A DNA stretch of 64,000 bases from Mytilus edulis (taxonomy: Eukaryota): positions 14,074,001-14,138,000 of the forward strand of contig NC_092355.1 in the NCBI RefSeq assembly GCF_963676685.1, given 5' to 3'. Below the pieces are notes generated by a model. The model was not told where the DNA came from. It was given only the letters and a program-made list of their open reading frames with translations, and did no database searches. Position numbers and translations under genes: made by a program. Within the stretch, counting starts at the first letter, position 1. Every line of letters starts with the position of its first letter. This document shows, piece by piece, positions 13,001 through 26,500 of the stretch.

Positions 13001-16000
13001 AGAAATAAAATTTCAACTAAATTAATACAAGGAGTAGCCAAATTATTCATGAATAATTGATCATGACAGGATAAAAATGATTAAAAACAGGAATTCCTTT
13101 TTTCATTACTAATACCTGGTTCTACCTTTTTCATTTAAACTTAAAAGAGATCATAATGAAAGTGTTCTGAATGTAAATGAAAGGAAATTAGTTAGCAATC
13201 CTTGTATGAATAAAGTGAAACTAAATAACAATAAAGTGTGTCTCAATGACTCCATACAAGTTCTAAATGAATGGGCTCATATTATAAAAAAGGCACTAAA
13301 CCAATAAATAAATGGTTCTAATCATGAACTTGAAAATAAATAAGAACCAAAAATAGTCAGTCTAACATTTTTCTTCTTCTATTTAAAAACATAATAATAA
13401 CTATGCATTTTTATATATAACAGTATTTCAGAGCAGTTTCTGAGTGCTAAGTCAACAATTATGCTTTAGATCACAAGTCATAAGTAAGTCACACTTTATG
13501 CACTCAAAAAAATAAATTACTTGAATTTATTTAAAAGAAGTATTGATTTTACTGAAATCAAGTAAAAAACAAGTAAAAATGTTTGTCACAAAATGAGTAA
13601 TTGCTAGTAATGCCAAGTAATTATAAGCTATTACCTAGTAATTAAATGTAAGTAATTTTCCTATGTATCTTAAGTAATTCTTTTAATAAATACTAAGTAT
13701 TTTTTTTTCATATATAATAATTATTTTTTTTATTATAGTAAGTAATTCATTTAATACACATTAAGTATTTCTTATAATTATTATAAGAAGTAATTCTTTT
13801 ATTAAAAGTAAGTAATACTTTTATTAAAAGTAAGTAATTCTTTTATTAAAAGTAAGTTATTCTTTAATCAAAAGTAAGTACTAATTCTTTTATTAAAAGT
13901 AAGTAATTCTTTATTAAAAGTAAGTAATTCTTTTATTAAAAGTAAGTAATTCTTTTATTAAAAGTAAGTAATTCTTTTAATATACATTAAGTCTTTAATT
14001 GTAATTCTTTTAATATTTATTGAGTATTTCTTTTACTACTCTAAGTATTTCGTGTACCAGTTTTTTTACTTATGGCAAGTAATTTCTGGAAATTAAATTA
14101 CTTGAAACAGTAAATTTATTTGTAGGCTTTGAGTAATTCTTTTAGATATAAATAGTATATATAAATATTATATCTACAGATTAATAAAAAAAAAAATCCA
14201 CATTGTTTTATCATAAATGCATATAATTTGAAAAAAGTAACCTACCTTTTTAAAGAATTATCATATACTATATCATTTGTTATAATCCATTTCTATTCTT
14301 GTTTGTTGTAAGTTAACCTGGGCTACCTCCCCATCACACAAAAATAAAATATTACTAAGTATTTATATTTTACTTGAATTAAGTATTCTTTTTAGTACTC
14401 ATCACTAGGAATTACTTACCAATTACTCACTATTACTAGCAATTACTTATATTTTACTAGATATGAATAGTTACTTGAAACATGTAATTGTTTTACTGAA
14501 AAAGTGTGTCTATCAAAAAAAATAATTAAATTAAAACGAATACTAATAATAATTTTACTCACTTGAGTAAATGAATTACTTAATCCATATTTAGGTAATG
14601 ACTTACCGGTACTGTTTTTAGTAGAAAGAAATAACTTAGATTAAGTCATATATTCAAGAACTACACATTTTTTTTTAATTTACTTATTATCTATTTTTAA
14701 TATAATTTTTATAATGTAAAATAACATGACTTAGTGTTACTAAAATTAAAAATTAACTATTTATTATAAATGTACGAAATTGTATAATATTTCCTGTATT
14801 TTTAATAAGTAGTTATTGATTTGAGACTGAAAAAAATATTCGGACAATCAGAATTAAGGTTTCATTTGACTTTGGTAAGCTATTTTTGAAAATTGTCTGG
14901 AGCTCATTCAGTTTTGAATTTGAACAAAAGTTAACAGAGTTTGTTGAAATACTTACACGAGTTACACACATGAAAGGAAAGGAGAACCTTACAAAAAGGA
15001 CACTTTATGGGTTTTCATGTTTCTGGCTACTCTTTGTGTACGAATTCAATTAAATGAACAAAGAGTTGCTGGGGAGGTAGCCCATGTTAACTTACAACAA
15101 ACAAGAGAAATGGATTATAATAAAGGATATAGTATATGATCATTCTTTAAAAAGGTATGTTACTATTTCAAATTATATGCATTTATAATAAAACAGTGCA
15201 GAATTTTTATTTTAATCTATAAATATATTATAAATATATATATAATTTATGTGTAAAAGAAATACTCAATAAATATTAAAAGAATTACTTACTTTTATTA
15301 ATACAAATAGTCAATATGTATTAAAAGAATTACTTACTATCATTAAAAGAAATACTTAATATGTATTAAAAGAATTATTTACTTTAATGAAAAGAAATAC
15401 TTACTTTTATAAAAAGAATTACTTACTATAATTAAAAGAAATACTTACTATAATTAAAAGAAACAGTTAAGGTGTATTAAATGAATTACTTACTATAATT
15501 AAAAGAAATACTTAAAGTGTATTAAATGAATTACTTACTATAATAAAAAGAATTACTAAGTATATAGGAAAGAAATTACTTAAGTATTCATTAAAAGAAT
15601 GACTTAAGATACATTGAAAAATTACTTAAATTTAATTACTAGGTAATTACTTACAATTACTTGGCATTATTAGGAATTACTCATTTTTTGACAAACATTT
15701 TTACTTGGTTTTTTACTTAATTTGAGTAAATTAAATACTTGTTTTAAGTAAATTCAAGTAATTATTTTTTTTGAGTGCAGCAACTCTTCGAGTTACATTT
15801 TCATTTAATTGAATTAGTGCACAAAGAGTAGCTAGACACATAAATACCCACAAAGTGTCTTTTTTGTAAGGTTCTCCTTTCCTTTCATGCTTGTCAACGT
15901 GAAATTATTTCAACAAACTCAGTTTACTTTTTGTTCAATTTCAAATCTGAATGAGTTCCAGTCAATTTTCAAAAATAGCTTACCAAAGTCAAATGAAACC

Positions 16001-19000
16001 TTAATTCTGATTGGTTCAATATTTTATCAGTCTCAAATCATAAACTTCTTATTAAATACAGGAAATATGAATTTAAAATAAATAATTGATTGTGGATTTT
16101 AGTAAGACTAAGTCATGTAAGTTTACATATAAAAATTATATCAAAAATTAATAATGATAATTTGAAGATATTTTGATATGAAAATAATTTTAGTAATGAC
16201 TAGTAATTCTGATACTAAGTAATTCCAATCAAATTTATTTTAAGCATTTCAAAGTATTGTCTAAAAACAGGCTATAATTTCAATTTGGAATTATTTTTAA
16301 TTATGGAATTCGCATAATTTCTTGTGCTTGAAATTTTTAATGAATTCCGTGTTTATTCTGCTATATATTTTTTTTAAGCATTCCATTACACTAGTACTTT
16401 CCATACAATGTATGTTGTATAGATAGTGTTGTGCGCGGCACAGAACATGCATTCTATTGAAAATATGTTATCTTCTTTGTAATAGAAAGTGTTGTGCGCC
16501 GCACAGAACATTGAAATACAGAATAAACATGGAATTTATAAAAAAAATCTATAATTATAGACAATTCCAAGTTGAGATAATAGCCTGTTTAAAGAAAATT
16601 GCTATAATAGTTATCCAAATGTATGCAATTTTCAGACTGTGAAACCTACATATGTTGAAATCGTTAAATTATGGAGTCAAATTTCATAGGAATCATTTAT
16701 TATTATATAAAACAAGCCTTATGCAAGCAAACAACATTATGTAGTGCCTAAGACTACTTAGTAATAACAAGTTTTATATCAAAGTTATCAGAAGTAATTC
16801 CAGTAACTTTCATACTGCATTTTAGTATAAATTAAAAAAAAATAGGCGTAGTTCATTAGTATATAACTTAATCTACGTAATGTGTTTTACTACAAACAGT
16901 AAGTTATTACTTAAATAAGGACTAAGTAATTCATTTACTCAAGTGAGTAAAATCATTATTAGTATTTGTTTTAATTTAAGTAATTTTTTTAATAGACACA
17001 CATTTTCAGTAAAACAATTACTTGTTTCAAGTAACTATTTTCATATCTAGTAAAACATAAGTAATTGCTAGTAATAGTGAGTAATTGGTAAGTAATTCCT
17101 AGTAATGAGTAATAAAAATGAATACTTAATTTAGGTTAAATATAATTACTTAGTTATTTGTGTGTGTGTGTGTGTGTGTCATTATGAACAGGTTTTGAAT
17201 AAGAGTAATTAAAATGCTACTCTGAAAGAGATTGTTTTAAGTTCAAATTTAAGACAATACTTTTTCATTTACTTTTGCAGGATTCCTTCATCACAATTTT
17301 TTTTATAATAGTTTTTAATTTAAGGTTTTACAAAGACAGTATATGATTTCCTTACCTTGTTTTAGTTTAGTCAACATTTTCACTGACTTCAAGAGAATAA
17401 TCAATACAGTCAAATATTCACAGCTGAACTCTCCATTGGTTTTTCAAAATACATACTGAATGTGTGTATCATAATCTTTCAATCAGTTTAATTGAAGTCT
17501 GGAGCTGGCATGTCAGTTAACTGCTAGTAGTCTGTTGTTATTTATGTATTATTGTCATTTTGTTTATTTTATTTGGTTACATTTTCTGACATCAGACTCG
17601 GACTTCTCTTGAATTGAATTTTAAATGTGCGTATTGTTATGCATTTACTTTTCTACATTGGCTAGAGGTATAGGGGGAGGGTTGAGATCTCATAAACATG
17701 TTTAACCCCGCCGCATTTTTGCGCCTGTCCCAAGTCAGGAGCCTCTAGCCTTTGTTAGTCTTGTATTTTTTTAATTTTAGTTTCTTGTGTACAATTCGGA
17801 AATTAGTATGGCGTTCATTATCACTGAACTAGTATATATTTGTTTAGGGGCCAGCTGAAGGACGCCTCCGGGTGCGGGAATGGCTCGCTACATTGATCAT
17901 GTTGATGACCTGTTAGTGACTTTCTGCTGTTGTTTTTTCTATGGTCGGGTTGTTGTCTCTTTGACACATTCCCTATTTCCATTCTCAATTTTATACATTG
18001 TGTTCTTATGCAAGTGACATCAATATGTGTAAGTCCAAAACACTACAATGTCAAAACATGTCTTTCTTTTGGAATTTAGTTCGAACGTGGTTTCCTACGG
18101 GGTGATAGAACGTTAGACTTGATTTTGAGATACGTAATATTTAATATTTGTTTATACTATATATAATCTTTGTTTATCTGTGAAAAAAGAAGACAAAATA
18201 ACAGACAATTTCGCATAACTTCTATGAATGACGATCAACGGTGTTACGTAATTGTTAAAAAACGGCCAATTTAACATTTTAAGTATCATTTACTTTTTTT
18301 TTAAATATGTACCATGCTTTTAAAAAAAATCGAAATAAAAATATTTCTGACCCTAATGGCAAGTAAGAAACAGAAAAAAGAAAAAAAATTAAATTGGCGT
18401 CAATTTTTTTTCCCGCGAAATTGACGCATTTTCTGAATGGCGGGTTTTAATATCAGTACCATTGATGTCTTAAGAAAGTAGCAACAACGGTCGTTTCTAA
18501 GGGCTTGCTTTCCGACTGAATGATTTGACATTTCATATTGATTTTGTTTAATTAAAGCTACCACCACCTCCTGCAAGACCTGAGCGTCCTCCTCATTCAA
18601 TCAATAGTCATTCGGCTGGACCATCTCCACCTACAAATGTTGTGCAATGTAAGTATTAAAAATAAAAATAGAAGACACCAGAAAGATCAGGTATATGAAC
18701 GCAATTAAGCATTACTATTTAAAGATACTTTTATGCGTTCTCAAATGATAAAAATAAAATAAGAAATTCTTTATTTAACGAAAGAATGTACAACAACTGA
18801 TTCTAAGGACGTAAAAGAAGGACGATAGATTTCAAAGGAGAAAATCTCAATCTAATCCTAGTTGAAAACAGCACTGCCATGACAGACAGTACTAAAAACA
18901 ACACAGAAAACTAGACTGTCCAACAGAAACCCACTAAATCAACGGCTTGATATAACACTTTTTAAGGAACTGATCGTTCATGCTATAAAGAACAGAGGAT

Positions 19001-20888
19001 CTTTTTATTTTGATAAATAATTTGATTTTTAAATGTATTTGCTTTTGAATGGAAGATGTATATTTATTATAAATATATTCATTTGACGTGATAATAATAT
19101 GCCTACAACGATGTCAAGTGAATTGTCGTAGACATTTTCATGAAAAATGAAGTTGTCGTACTATTTTCTAATGCCTGTAGATCTGGAAATGACATTTTGT
19201 ATAATGGCGACTTACAGATAATTGAATTGTCTAGTTTTGTCGTGAATATTACAGTTGATTTCAATTCCTTCGATCGATATAGTCAAGCGGTTGATTTTGT
19301 CACGTTTTTTTGACTTCCTTTGTTTTTGAATTTAGAAGATTTCGGTATAATTTTTTTAATTGTTTTCTGTCACTTTTACAGAGGTTTCCCAGGAATTGTC
19401 TTTTTGATATAACGACTTTTCCTATTGAACAAACACATACATTGTTCAGTTTTGTCCATACTTAAAATGTGCTGCCACCTAATAATCATGTACACACAAT
19501 GTGGATAGTAAATTTCCCTGATAGAAATATACATTTGATCATTACTGCAGGCAGGGTCATTCTCCACGCGTCCACACAATATTTTGTGAAATTAACCGGT
19601 AGTTATTCAGTTGTTTTATCAATATCTGCGTGATAAAACTATTGCTAAGTTCAATCACTTACCAGGTTAGAAAGTCAGTTCTTTTTTTGCTGTTATTTTA
19701 AATTTCTTGACTCCAAATCTCGTAAAGAATTATCCAGAAGCTAGTGAACATTAGGTTGTTCTCATTTACAATTAGGGAGAAATAAGAACGTCAACTGTTC
19801 TTAAAAGATTTTTTTTTCATGTTATTTAAAGTGCAAAAAGTTTGTTACTGTATTAAACAATTATAAGAAAAGAAACCAACGACCCATTCACCCCCTCTAG
19901 ATCATGAGTGGGTGTCTCGGGAGCTTTTGTGTCAAATTACTGCTTTCTTAAAATCGTAGTAAAGTACTCACCTATTCATGGTTCATGATTTATTTCAGAC
20001 CAACCACAAGGTCAATTACCTGGGAATAGGGAGGAACGGAGCAACACAGACTTTACAACCGGTTAGTAATTGTCTTACGAATAAACCAATACTTTGTGTA
20101 TCCTATGTTTGAAGTTCGAGTAAGTTTTACATAAAACTTATTTTTGCCAGAATTAGATGATTAGGTTATAGTATCGCCTTTTTTTTCTAATGATCTCTAA
20201 ATATTAGTTTCCTTATGAATGCAAGCAAACATTTTTGAGTTTTTGATATAAAATTAGAATAAAGTCAATTCAAAAACAATTTTCGTCTTCAAACCACGAC
20301 TAAAGCAACCTTGAACACACAACAAAGTTGACCTTGTAACACTTGAAGTTTACCTTGTATCACTTTACGAATAACATTAAAATAAAAAGTTGACTTTCAA
20401 ACGTTTAGGGGCTCAAAACGACACTAACAATATAACCCAAATAATCAGTACTTCATTGAAATGTATAGGAGGCAAGTTTAGATGTCATATTGTACTTTTT
20501 AGGTGTAATCCTTGGAGGAGCCATAGGTTATGGTCTTGGTGGTTATGGACCAGGTTGGGGCTGGGGATGGGGATGGGGATGGGGACCAACTCCCTACGGT
20601 GGGTTTTGGGGAAGTTGGAGTGACTTTGGTGACGGTGGAAGCGTGGACATCGATCATATTGACTATGATTGTGGTAATGACAATGATTACGGATATGATA
20701 CACACGATATTGGTGACTTCGAGGCTGGAAATGATGGCGCTGGAGGAGACTTTGGTGATAGTGGCGGTGGTGGTGGCGGCTGTGGCGGTGGAGATGGTGG
20801 TGGCGATGGTGGAGGTGGTGGGGGAGGGTGTGGTGGCGGGGGTTGTGGCGGTGGTGGGTGTGGTGGTGGGGGTTGTGGTGGCGATTGA
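7030..20888 (+). CDS. PH-domain protein, evectin/PLEKHB-like, paralog 1 (316 aa, Gly-rich tail)
   Basis: Eight GT-AG exons join in frame (951 nt): 7030-7066, 8453-8500, 10571-10686, 11471-11652, 12414-12441, 18558-18648, 19999-20061, 20503-20888. Protein: MDCCGPNSIRIKKPTGRVVRTGYLKIYEEGCFFIGWKSRYFVLYDDSSLLWYQD...KGGIKLKMVANFMAVGPMC...PQLPKGRQVIHLMGV...DEDMMAWLEAIKPTLPPPPARP...DFTTGVILGGAIGYGLGGYGPGWGWGWGWGWG...GGGGCGGD. PH motifs are present (GYL, WKxRYFVL, LLWY, W-x-x-AI helix). The GxxC..P.G insert and D..G.LxG segment resemble evectins. Exon structure is conserved in paralog 2. Confidence 0.9.
7205..7440 (-). mobile_element. 5'-truncated LINE 3' end in the first coding intron
   Basis: Minus strand reads NIYKFEQLFASNNVIVLEKLCKFIKNVQEKVVPPG*, followed by a short UTR and AATAAA. 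Resembles the extreme C-terminus of invertebrate LINE ORF2. Confidence 0.5.
8685..9220. mobile_element. AT-rich MITE with imperfect ~50-bp terminal inverted repeats
   Basis: Left end tgtttaagtaaatagatgaaattgggaatttcacgtaatt matches the reverse complement of the right end tgttacagtaaataggtgaaattaggaattatacgtaatt. Flanked by TA runs, with internal gtaattac subrepeats. Confidence 0.7.
9846..10185 (+). repeat. Interspersed repeat family B (gtatcaccagcccagtagtc...gtagacgaaacgcgcgtctggcgta...ggtacctttgataact)
   Basis: Inverted copies at about 31428-31575, 47900-48215 and 62745-62990. Confidence 0.85.
10780..10960 (-). repeat. Interspersed repeat family C (agatgtggtatgattgccaatgagacaact...accgtacggccttcaaca)
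   Basis: Related copies at about 11910-12005, 48945-49320, 53130-53250 and 53750-53880. Confidence 0.8.
13501..17164. mobile_element. Non-autonomous CACTA/EnSpm-like element (outer copy) in intron 5 of paralog 1
   Basis: Starts CACTCAAAAAA at 13501 and ends ...TTTGTGTG running into a (TG)n tract. It carries ~22-bp subterminal repeats (agtaattcttttattaaaagta) at about 13780-13980 and is interrupted by a second copy. Confidence 0.7.
14335..15777 (-). mobile_element. Second copy of the same CACTA-like element inserted in inverted orientation into the first
   Basis: Ends are CACACAAAAA and TTTTTGAGTG. 14335-15070 is the reverse complement of 15778-17164 (missing about 0.7 kb), and 15071-15777 is the reverse complement of 13501-14334. 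Flanks CAT/CAG match the uninterrupted junction ctacctcccCAGcaactct preserved in the inner copy. Confidence 0.8.
17480..17995 (+). repeat. Interspersed repeat family D (...gtttaggggccagctgaaggacgcctccgggtgcgggaa...ccattctcaatttt)
   Basis: Partial copies at about 24240-24385 (+), 50680-52125 (split by the hAT element), 56420-56700 (+) and 61975-62145 (-). Confidence 0.85.
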
Positions 20889-23800
20889 AGCAATGATCAA
20901 GAGTCTTATAAATTTATGAAAGACTTGAAATTGTAGAACTTTCATTAACATTATTTATCCCAAAGAAAAGTAATTTGAAATTAATAATTATATCAATGTG
21001 AGTCATTGATTTCTTGTGGGGCTGTAATTTTATTCTGTTTTCTTTATTTGTTTGCCATTTTTAAGAAAAAAACTCGAAATTTTAGAACAAATTATTTACT
21101 TAATTACTCCAAAGAAAGGTAATTTAAAACGAATAAATATATATTAACGCTTGGTCAATAATTCCTTGTCCCTGCTTGAAGCTATATTCTGCTGTCATTG
21201 TTCGTTTAACATTTTTCAACGAAAACTTAATTTTGTTGTAAACTTTGGACACAGCAGTACCAAACCAAACTAAACGATTGACTAGTGGTTAGTATCTAAT
21301 TGATGTTATTATTACAAATAATGCATTAAATGTCTTTCATCGTTTGATATATTAAAGTCTTTATTTATTTATTTGCGATCAAATATATGCATGCTTGCTT
21401 GTTGTTTTAAATGGAAAAACTGGCAATATCTGATTACTTATACCTTTTATTATTATATGGCATTATCTCACATATATTTATCTCACAGAAATTATATTAA
21501 TTTTCTTGTTTATACAGACTGTACATTGAGTTAACAATTCATTACTTACAACTGGAAATGTTATATATTTTTAATATGTAGCTGTTTCTCAATTAAGCAA
21601 ATCAAGTAATCTTTACTGTAATAAAATATTAATTTTTCTATATTCATGCTTCTTATTTGGACATCATGTGTATTTCAGTCATTTAATTAAAGGTGTATAT
21701 TCGATTAATTAACTGTATAAGCCATGTATGAACATAGCTAGATGATATAAAGAGATTGTGTCGCCCACGTAGGCCTATGTGCATATTAAAAAAAACTCTC
21801 CAACATTGTAGATGATAATAGAATTCTTGACAAATATCTCCGTATCGTTGTTCTCGTATTGCTGATCATTATTTAGTTTTTGTTCAAAATCATCTTCGCT
21901 AGACAAGGGTTGCGATCCAGTCACCTTCTGTAAACACTTGGCGTATAGCAATAGATTTTCCAAGACACGAGGTATTTATTTTATTGGTCGAATTTGTAAC
22001 CGACTGCGTAAAAATCAAAAAGCATCTTTAAGGTGGATAGAGAATATTCGACTGCGAAAACATTCACGCATGGGTTATCATACGCACGAAAGGTTGGTGT
22101 CGTAAATTCACTATTATTTTTTTAAATATTTTGTCACTAAAAACTGTTATTGTTATTATGTGTATCTGTGAAAAACTCAAAATGTTTAAGTTCTTAATTA
22201 ATTTATTGAAGTGCCGGGAATTGTTTCTCGCGCAAATTTTGGGGTGTCAACATATATTTAAGTTCTGACTTCATGATATTTGTGAACACTATACACAACC
22301 ATTTTTACACCTCTACACTGATAGAACTCAAGTGATATCATTGGTGAAGAATGCTGAAGTCGGAATGGGCTTTTCTCTTCTTGTAGATAGCGCATCATAG
22401 TAATCACAAAGGTTGGCTCAATCTGCCAAAGGAGTAGAGAAACGGACTGGATCGTTACCCAGTCTAGCGAAGATTGCTCAAACACATATAGTCATTTCAG
22501 ATAAGTTTGACCTATCTGCATTATCTGTTGTCAATGGTTGGTATAAATTCTGACTTTGAAACTACTCTTCCTCTATTTCGTCAAATTACCCGGAATTCAA
22601 ACTAGTAATAAGATAAGCAGTAAGTTCACCATACACGAATTTAAATTTTGTCTTAGAATAATATTTATTCGGATTTTCAGCTTACTATTCTTGTAGTCTA
22701 GTGTTACTTATTTTACTGCTTTTGATTTTATTGAACGAAGCGGCAGTATATACAGAATCATTTATTTAACATTGTCATAAATCGGGAGGCCTGTCTAGCC
22801 ATTGAATCAGTTTCAATCAACCTTTTTTCTTCTAATGTCTTGTATCAAGTCAGAAATATAACTGTTGTTATCGAATAATTCGTTTCTATTTTTGTAAGCG
22901 TTGTTTTTTGTTTTTTGTTTGTTTTTTTGTTTTTTTGTTTTTTTTTTGTTCAATTCAGTGTTTTTGTTATTTTTTGTTTTCCTCTTATAGTTGATGTGTT
23001 TTTCCCAAAAGCTTAGTTTGAAACCCAGATCTGTTTTCCTCTTAATCAGTTTTTGACCTTAGAACCCCTGTATAAAGTAAAATCACAAAAATACTGAACT
23101 CAGAGGAAAATCAATTCGGAAAGTCCATAATCACATGGCAAAATCAAATAACAAAACGCATAAAAAACGAATGGACAAGAACTGTCATATTCCTGACTTG
23201 GTACAGGCATTTTCAAATGTAGAAAATGGTGGATTGAACCTGGTTTTATAGCTAGCTAAACCTCTCACTTGTATGACAGTCGCATCAAATTCCATTATAT
23301 AGTCACCGATGCGTGAACAAAACAAACAGACATAATAGGTAAAAATGTCAAAAATAGGGGTACAGCAGTCAACATTGTGTTATCATCTTAATCACTATAA
23401 CAACAACAAATGTAACGAAGAAGCACAAAAAGACATACATCAAATTAACATCCTCATTTTGATTATATTATACTACTGTTGCCTATATTGATCCATACAA
23501 CGTGAATGACTGCTGACGATAACTTGCTTTCTCTCATAACGAGTAAGGAATATTTTTCTATAAACTAAATATGGCATAACTAATTTTAGAATTATTGACT
23601 TTAAGATTTATTTTTATTCATAGTTCATTTGTGTTTGGCTTACTAATATATTTTGCGATTTTTATTAATATTAGTTAATATAGAAATATCAAACTTTTGT
23701 ATTATGACAGCCTTATATGTTGTACCGCTACAAAACATTAAAAGACACATCACTTAAATATATTTTGCCTAGCACTATTCCAGTTTGAAGTTTGATGAAA

Positions 23801-24946
23801 CGTATATTCTCGAAAGTCGTTGAGCAAGCTTGAAGCGTTATTGTTGCAGATTTTTTTTTCTTTTATCTCCGATATTCTAGTTTGCCTTTCGTCGTGAAGA
23901 CCATTTCATTCCCTCTAATATGTTGAAGGCCGATGCGTCCGTACCATGGATAGGGGAAATAATGTAGAAAGTATTGTGTGTACTTTACGCGAACATTACA
24001 ACCTATGAAAGGTTTCTTCAATATGATTTCATAGTTCTTGCCGCTTTCAATGTCACCATTATTCATTCCTTTTGTTGTACGTTTTGGCCAAACTTCAAAA
24101 TATCCATATTTCACAAAACCTGTATCAGTGCGTTTTTGTGGTTTAGAAGACACTTCAATCGTCGTACAATATTCGTTATATATAATGAACATTTTATTAC
24201 TAATGCCGTCTTTATTTCCTGAAATCACAAAATATACTTTATTTAGGGGCCAGCTGAAGGACGCCTCCGGGTGTGGGAATTTTTCGCTACATTGAAGACC
24301 TGTTGGTGACCTTCTGCTGTTGTTTTTTTCTATGGTCGGGTTGTTGTCTCATTGGCACATTCCCAATTTCCATTCTCAGTTTTATTCTATGAAACAACTT
24401 TTAAATTTTGTTGTTTCATGTATTTATAAACTGAGGCAAGCATCAACAGCAACTTATTTGGATCAATTAGAAAGTGTCTGATGTTTGAAATCGGGTCATC
24501 ACACACAACAAATGCTTGTTCAAAATATAACTTTTGAAAAAAGACTTCTATTATCAAGGAATTATTCTAATAAATTACCTTTCTGTCTTCTGCATGTTGC
24601 ATCTAAAGCTGAATACCTATACATTCCAATCCCAGAATATAAGTGTCAAATTGGACATAATATTACTGAATCATAATGCATTTAGCTGCAGTTCATTAAC
24701 GACTACTAATTGTTTATTTTTCGTTTTCTTTATGTTCCTGTGTGTATTTCTATCGTGTCGTATTCATTGTGTCCATAGTATTTTCCCCTCTGGTTCATAT
24801 TGTAATTTTAAAAGATATCTATGTTTCTCGAAGATTCGACAAAAGTACTTGCTTTATGCCAGGTAGAACATTAACACACATTCGATTTCATTTACTTCAG
24901 AAGAGTGTCTTTTTTAAAAACAGCATTCTGTGTTTAGCGTCTTATC

Positions 24947-26038
24947 ATTATTAAATATTCGAAAGAAACCAACAGAAGTCAATTTAGGAATACGATATAC
25001 CAGATAAAAGATAACCCAAATTCGTTGAAATCCCTCGTAATATTTCCAACGACTCCAGATTACCTTCGTTATACAAATGTCAACAAATTGTAAGACAAAC
25101 TAATATATGATCATAATAAAAAACAACAAATAGTAAGTTTGAATTTTGGCAATTTTTTGTCATGGATTTATTAGGACAGTTCAACTATGTATCAACCGGC
25201 CAACGAATTTGCATTCATCAACAATTTCTCATTATTGTCCAAGATAAAAACATTGAAGGGCAACCATCATATGTTTTCTCCAAATGGCAACTGGGCTACC
25301 AGACGCCAACTGTGATAAATTCAGCCCTTCAGTAAAACTATGTATTCAGTAAAAATTATGTCCAATCCATGACGCTTCTTTTGGCAATATCTGAAAATAT
25401 ACAACAAACAGCAGAAAAAATATTCTAAAGGGTGGGATAGGGTGGGTTTTTGTGTTCATTCAGAGTTCAAATCACGCAATGAATAAATCACGAAAAGCAT
25501 GCAATTTTATACCAAATAAAAGCGGGAAAACCGCTTATGAAAAATGTAGGTTAACAAAAGACGCTTAAGTCCATCAAAATTAAAGAAAAGTTAACTCTAG
25601 TTTAGCAGACGATACTCTCAATTTATTAAATTGATTTAATGTTGAATGATTAAATCTTATTATTAAATATTCGAAAGAAACCAACAGAAGTCAATTTAGG
25701 AATACGATATACCAGATAAAAGATAACCCAAATTCGTTGAAATCCCTCGTAATATTTCGAACGACTCCAGATTACCTTCGTTATACAAATGTCAACAAAT
25801 TGTAAGACAAACTAATATATGATCATAATAAAAAACAACAAATAGTAAGTTTGAATTTTGGCAATTTTTTGTAATGGATTTATTAGGACAGTTCAACTAT
25901 GTATCAACCGGCCAACGAATTTGCATTCATCGACAATTTCTCATTAATGTCCAAGATAAAAACATTGAAGGGCAACCATCATATGTTTTCTCCAAATGGC
26001 AACTGGGCTACCAGACGCCAACTGTGATAAATTCAGCC
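24947..26038 (+). repeat. Near-identical ~380-bp direct duplication (24947-25326 and 25659-26038)
   Basis: attattaaatattcgaaagaaacc...gtgataaattcagcc occurs twice at an offset of 712 bp with only a few substitutions. Confidence 0.95.
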
Positions 26039-26152
26039 AAATGCTAGCAAACTCCGTTTGTGAGCATCGCCAAACAAAATTTATCAATCCATGACAAAAA
26101 ATTCACACTTAAACAAATTCTGAAATTACATAGGTTTTTAAATTCAACCATA

Positions 26153-26500
26153 TCAGTTGAACGTAGTAGATCAACCATACTTACAACAGTTCAACGTAGT
26201 ACATGTTTATGAACTATACTATACCACAGTTCAACGTAGTATATCAACCATACTATACAACAGTTCAACGTAGTATATCAACCATACTATACCACAGTTC
26301 AACGTAGTATATCAACCATACTATACAACAGTTCAACGTAGTATATCAACCATACTATACAACAGTTCAACGTAGTATATCAACCATACTATACAACAGT
26401 TCAACGTAGTATATCAACCATACTATACAACAGTTCAACGTAGTATATCAACCATACTATACAACAGTTCAAGGTAGTATAACAACCATACTATACAACA
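26153..26500. repeat. 34-bp minisatellite, about 10 copies
   Basis: Unit cagttcaacgtagtatatcaaccatactatac(a/c)a, head-to-tail with no spacers. Confidence 0.95.

Noticed and set aside
20390-20951. Overlapping Thr-, Val- and Pro-rich ORFs on both strands
   Set aside because: Shadow frames of the GGT-rich last exon of paralog 1. Only the Gly frame has a phase-compatible acceptor and is conserved in paralogs.
21775-22640. Minus-strand ORFs with somewhat protein-like composition
   Set aside because: No recognisable motif or consistent splice sites. They may be a decayed gene or transposon fragment, but I cannot support a call.
26153-26500. 34-bp repeats of CRISPR-like length
   Set aside because: Units are head-to-tail with no unique spacers, there are no cas genes, and the context is eukaryotic.
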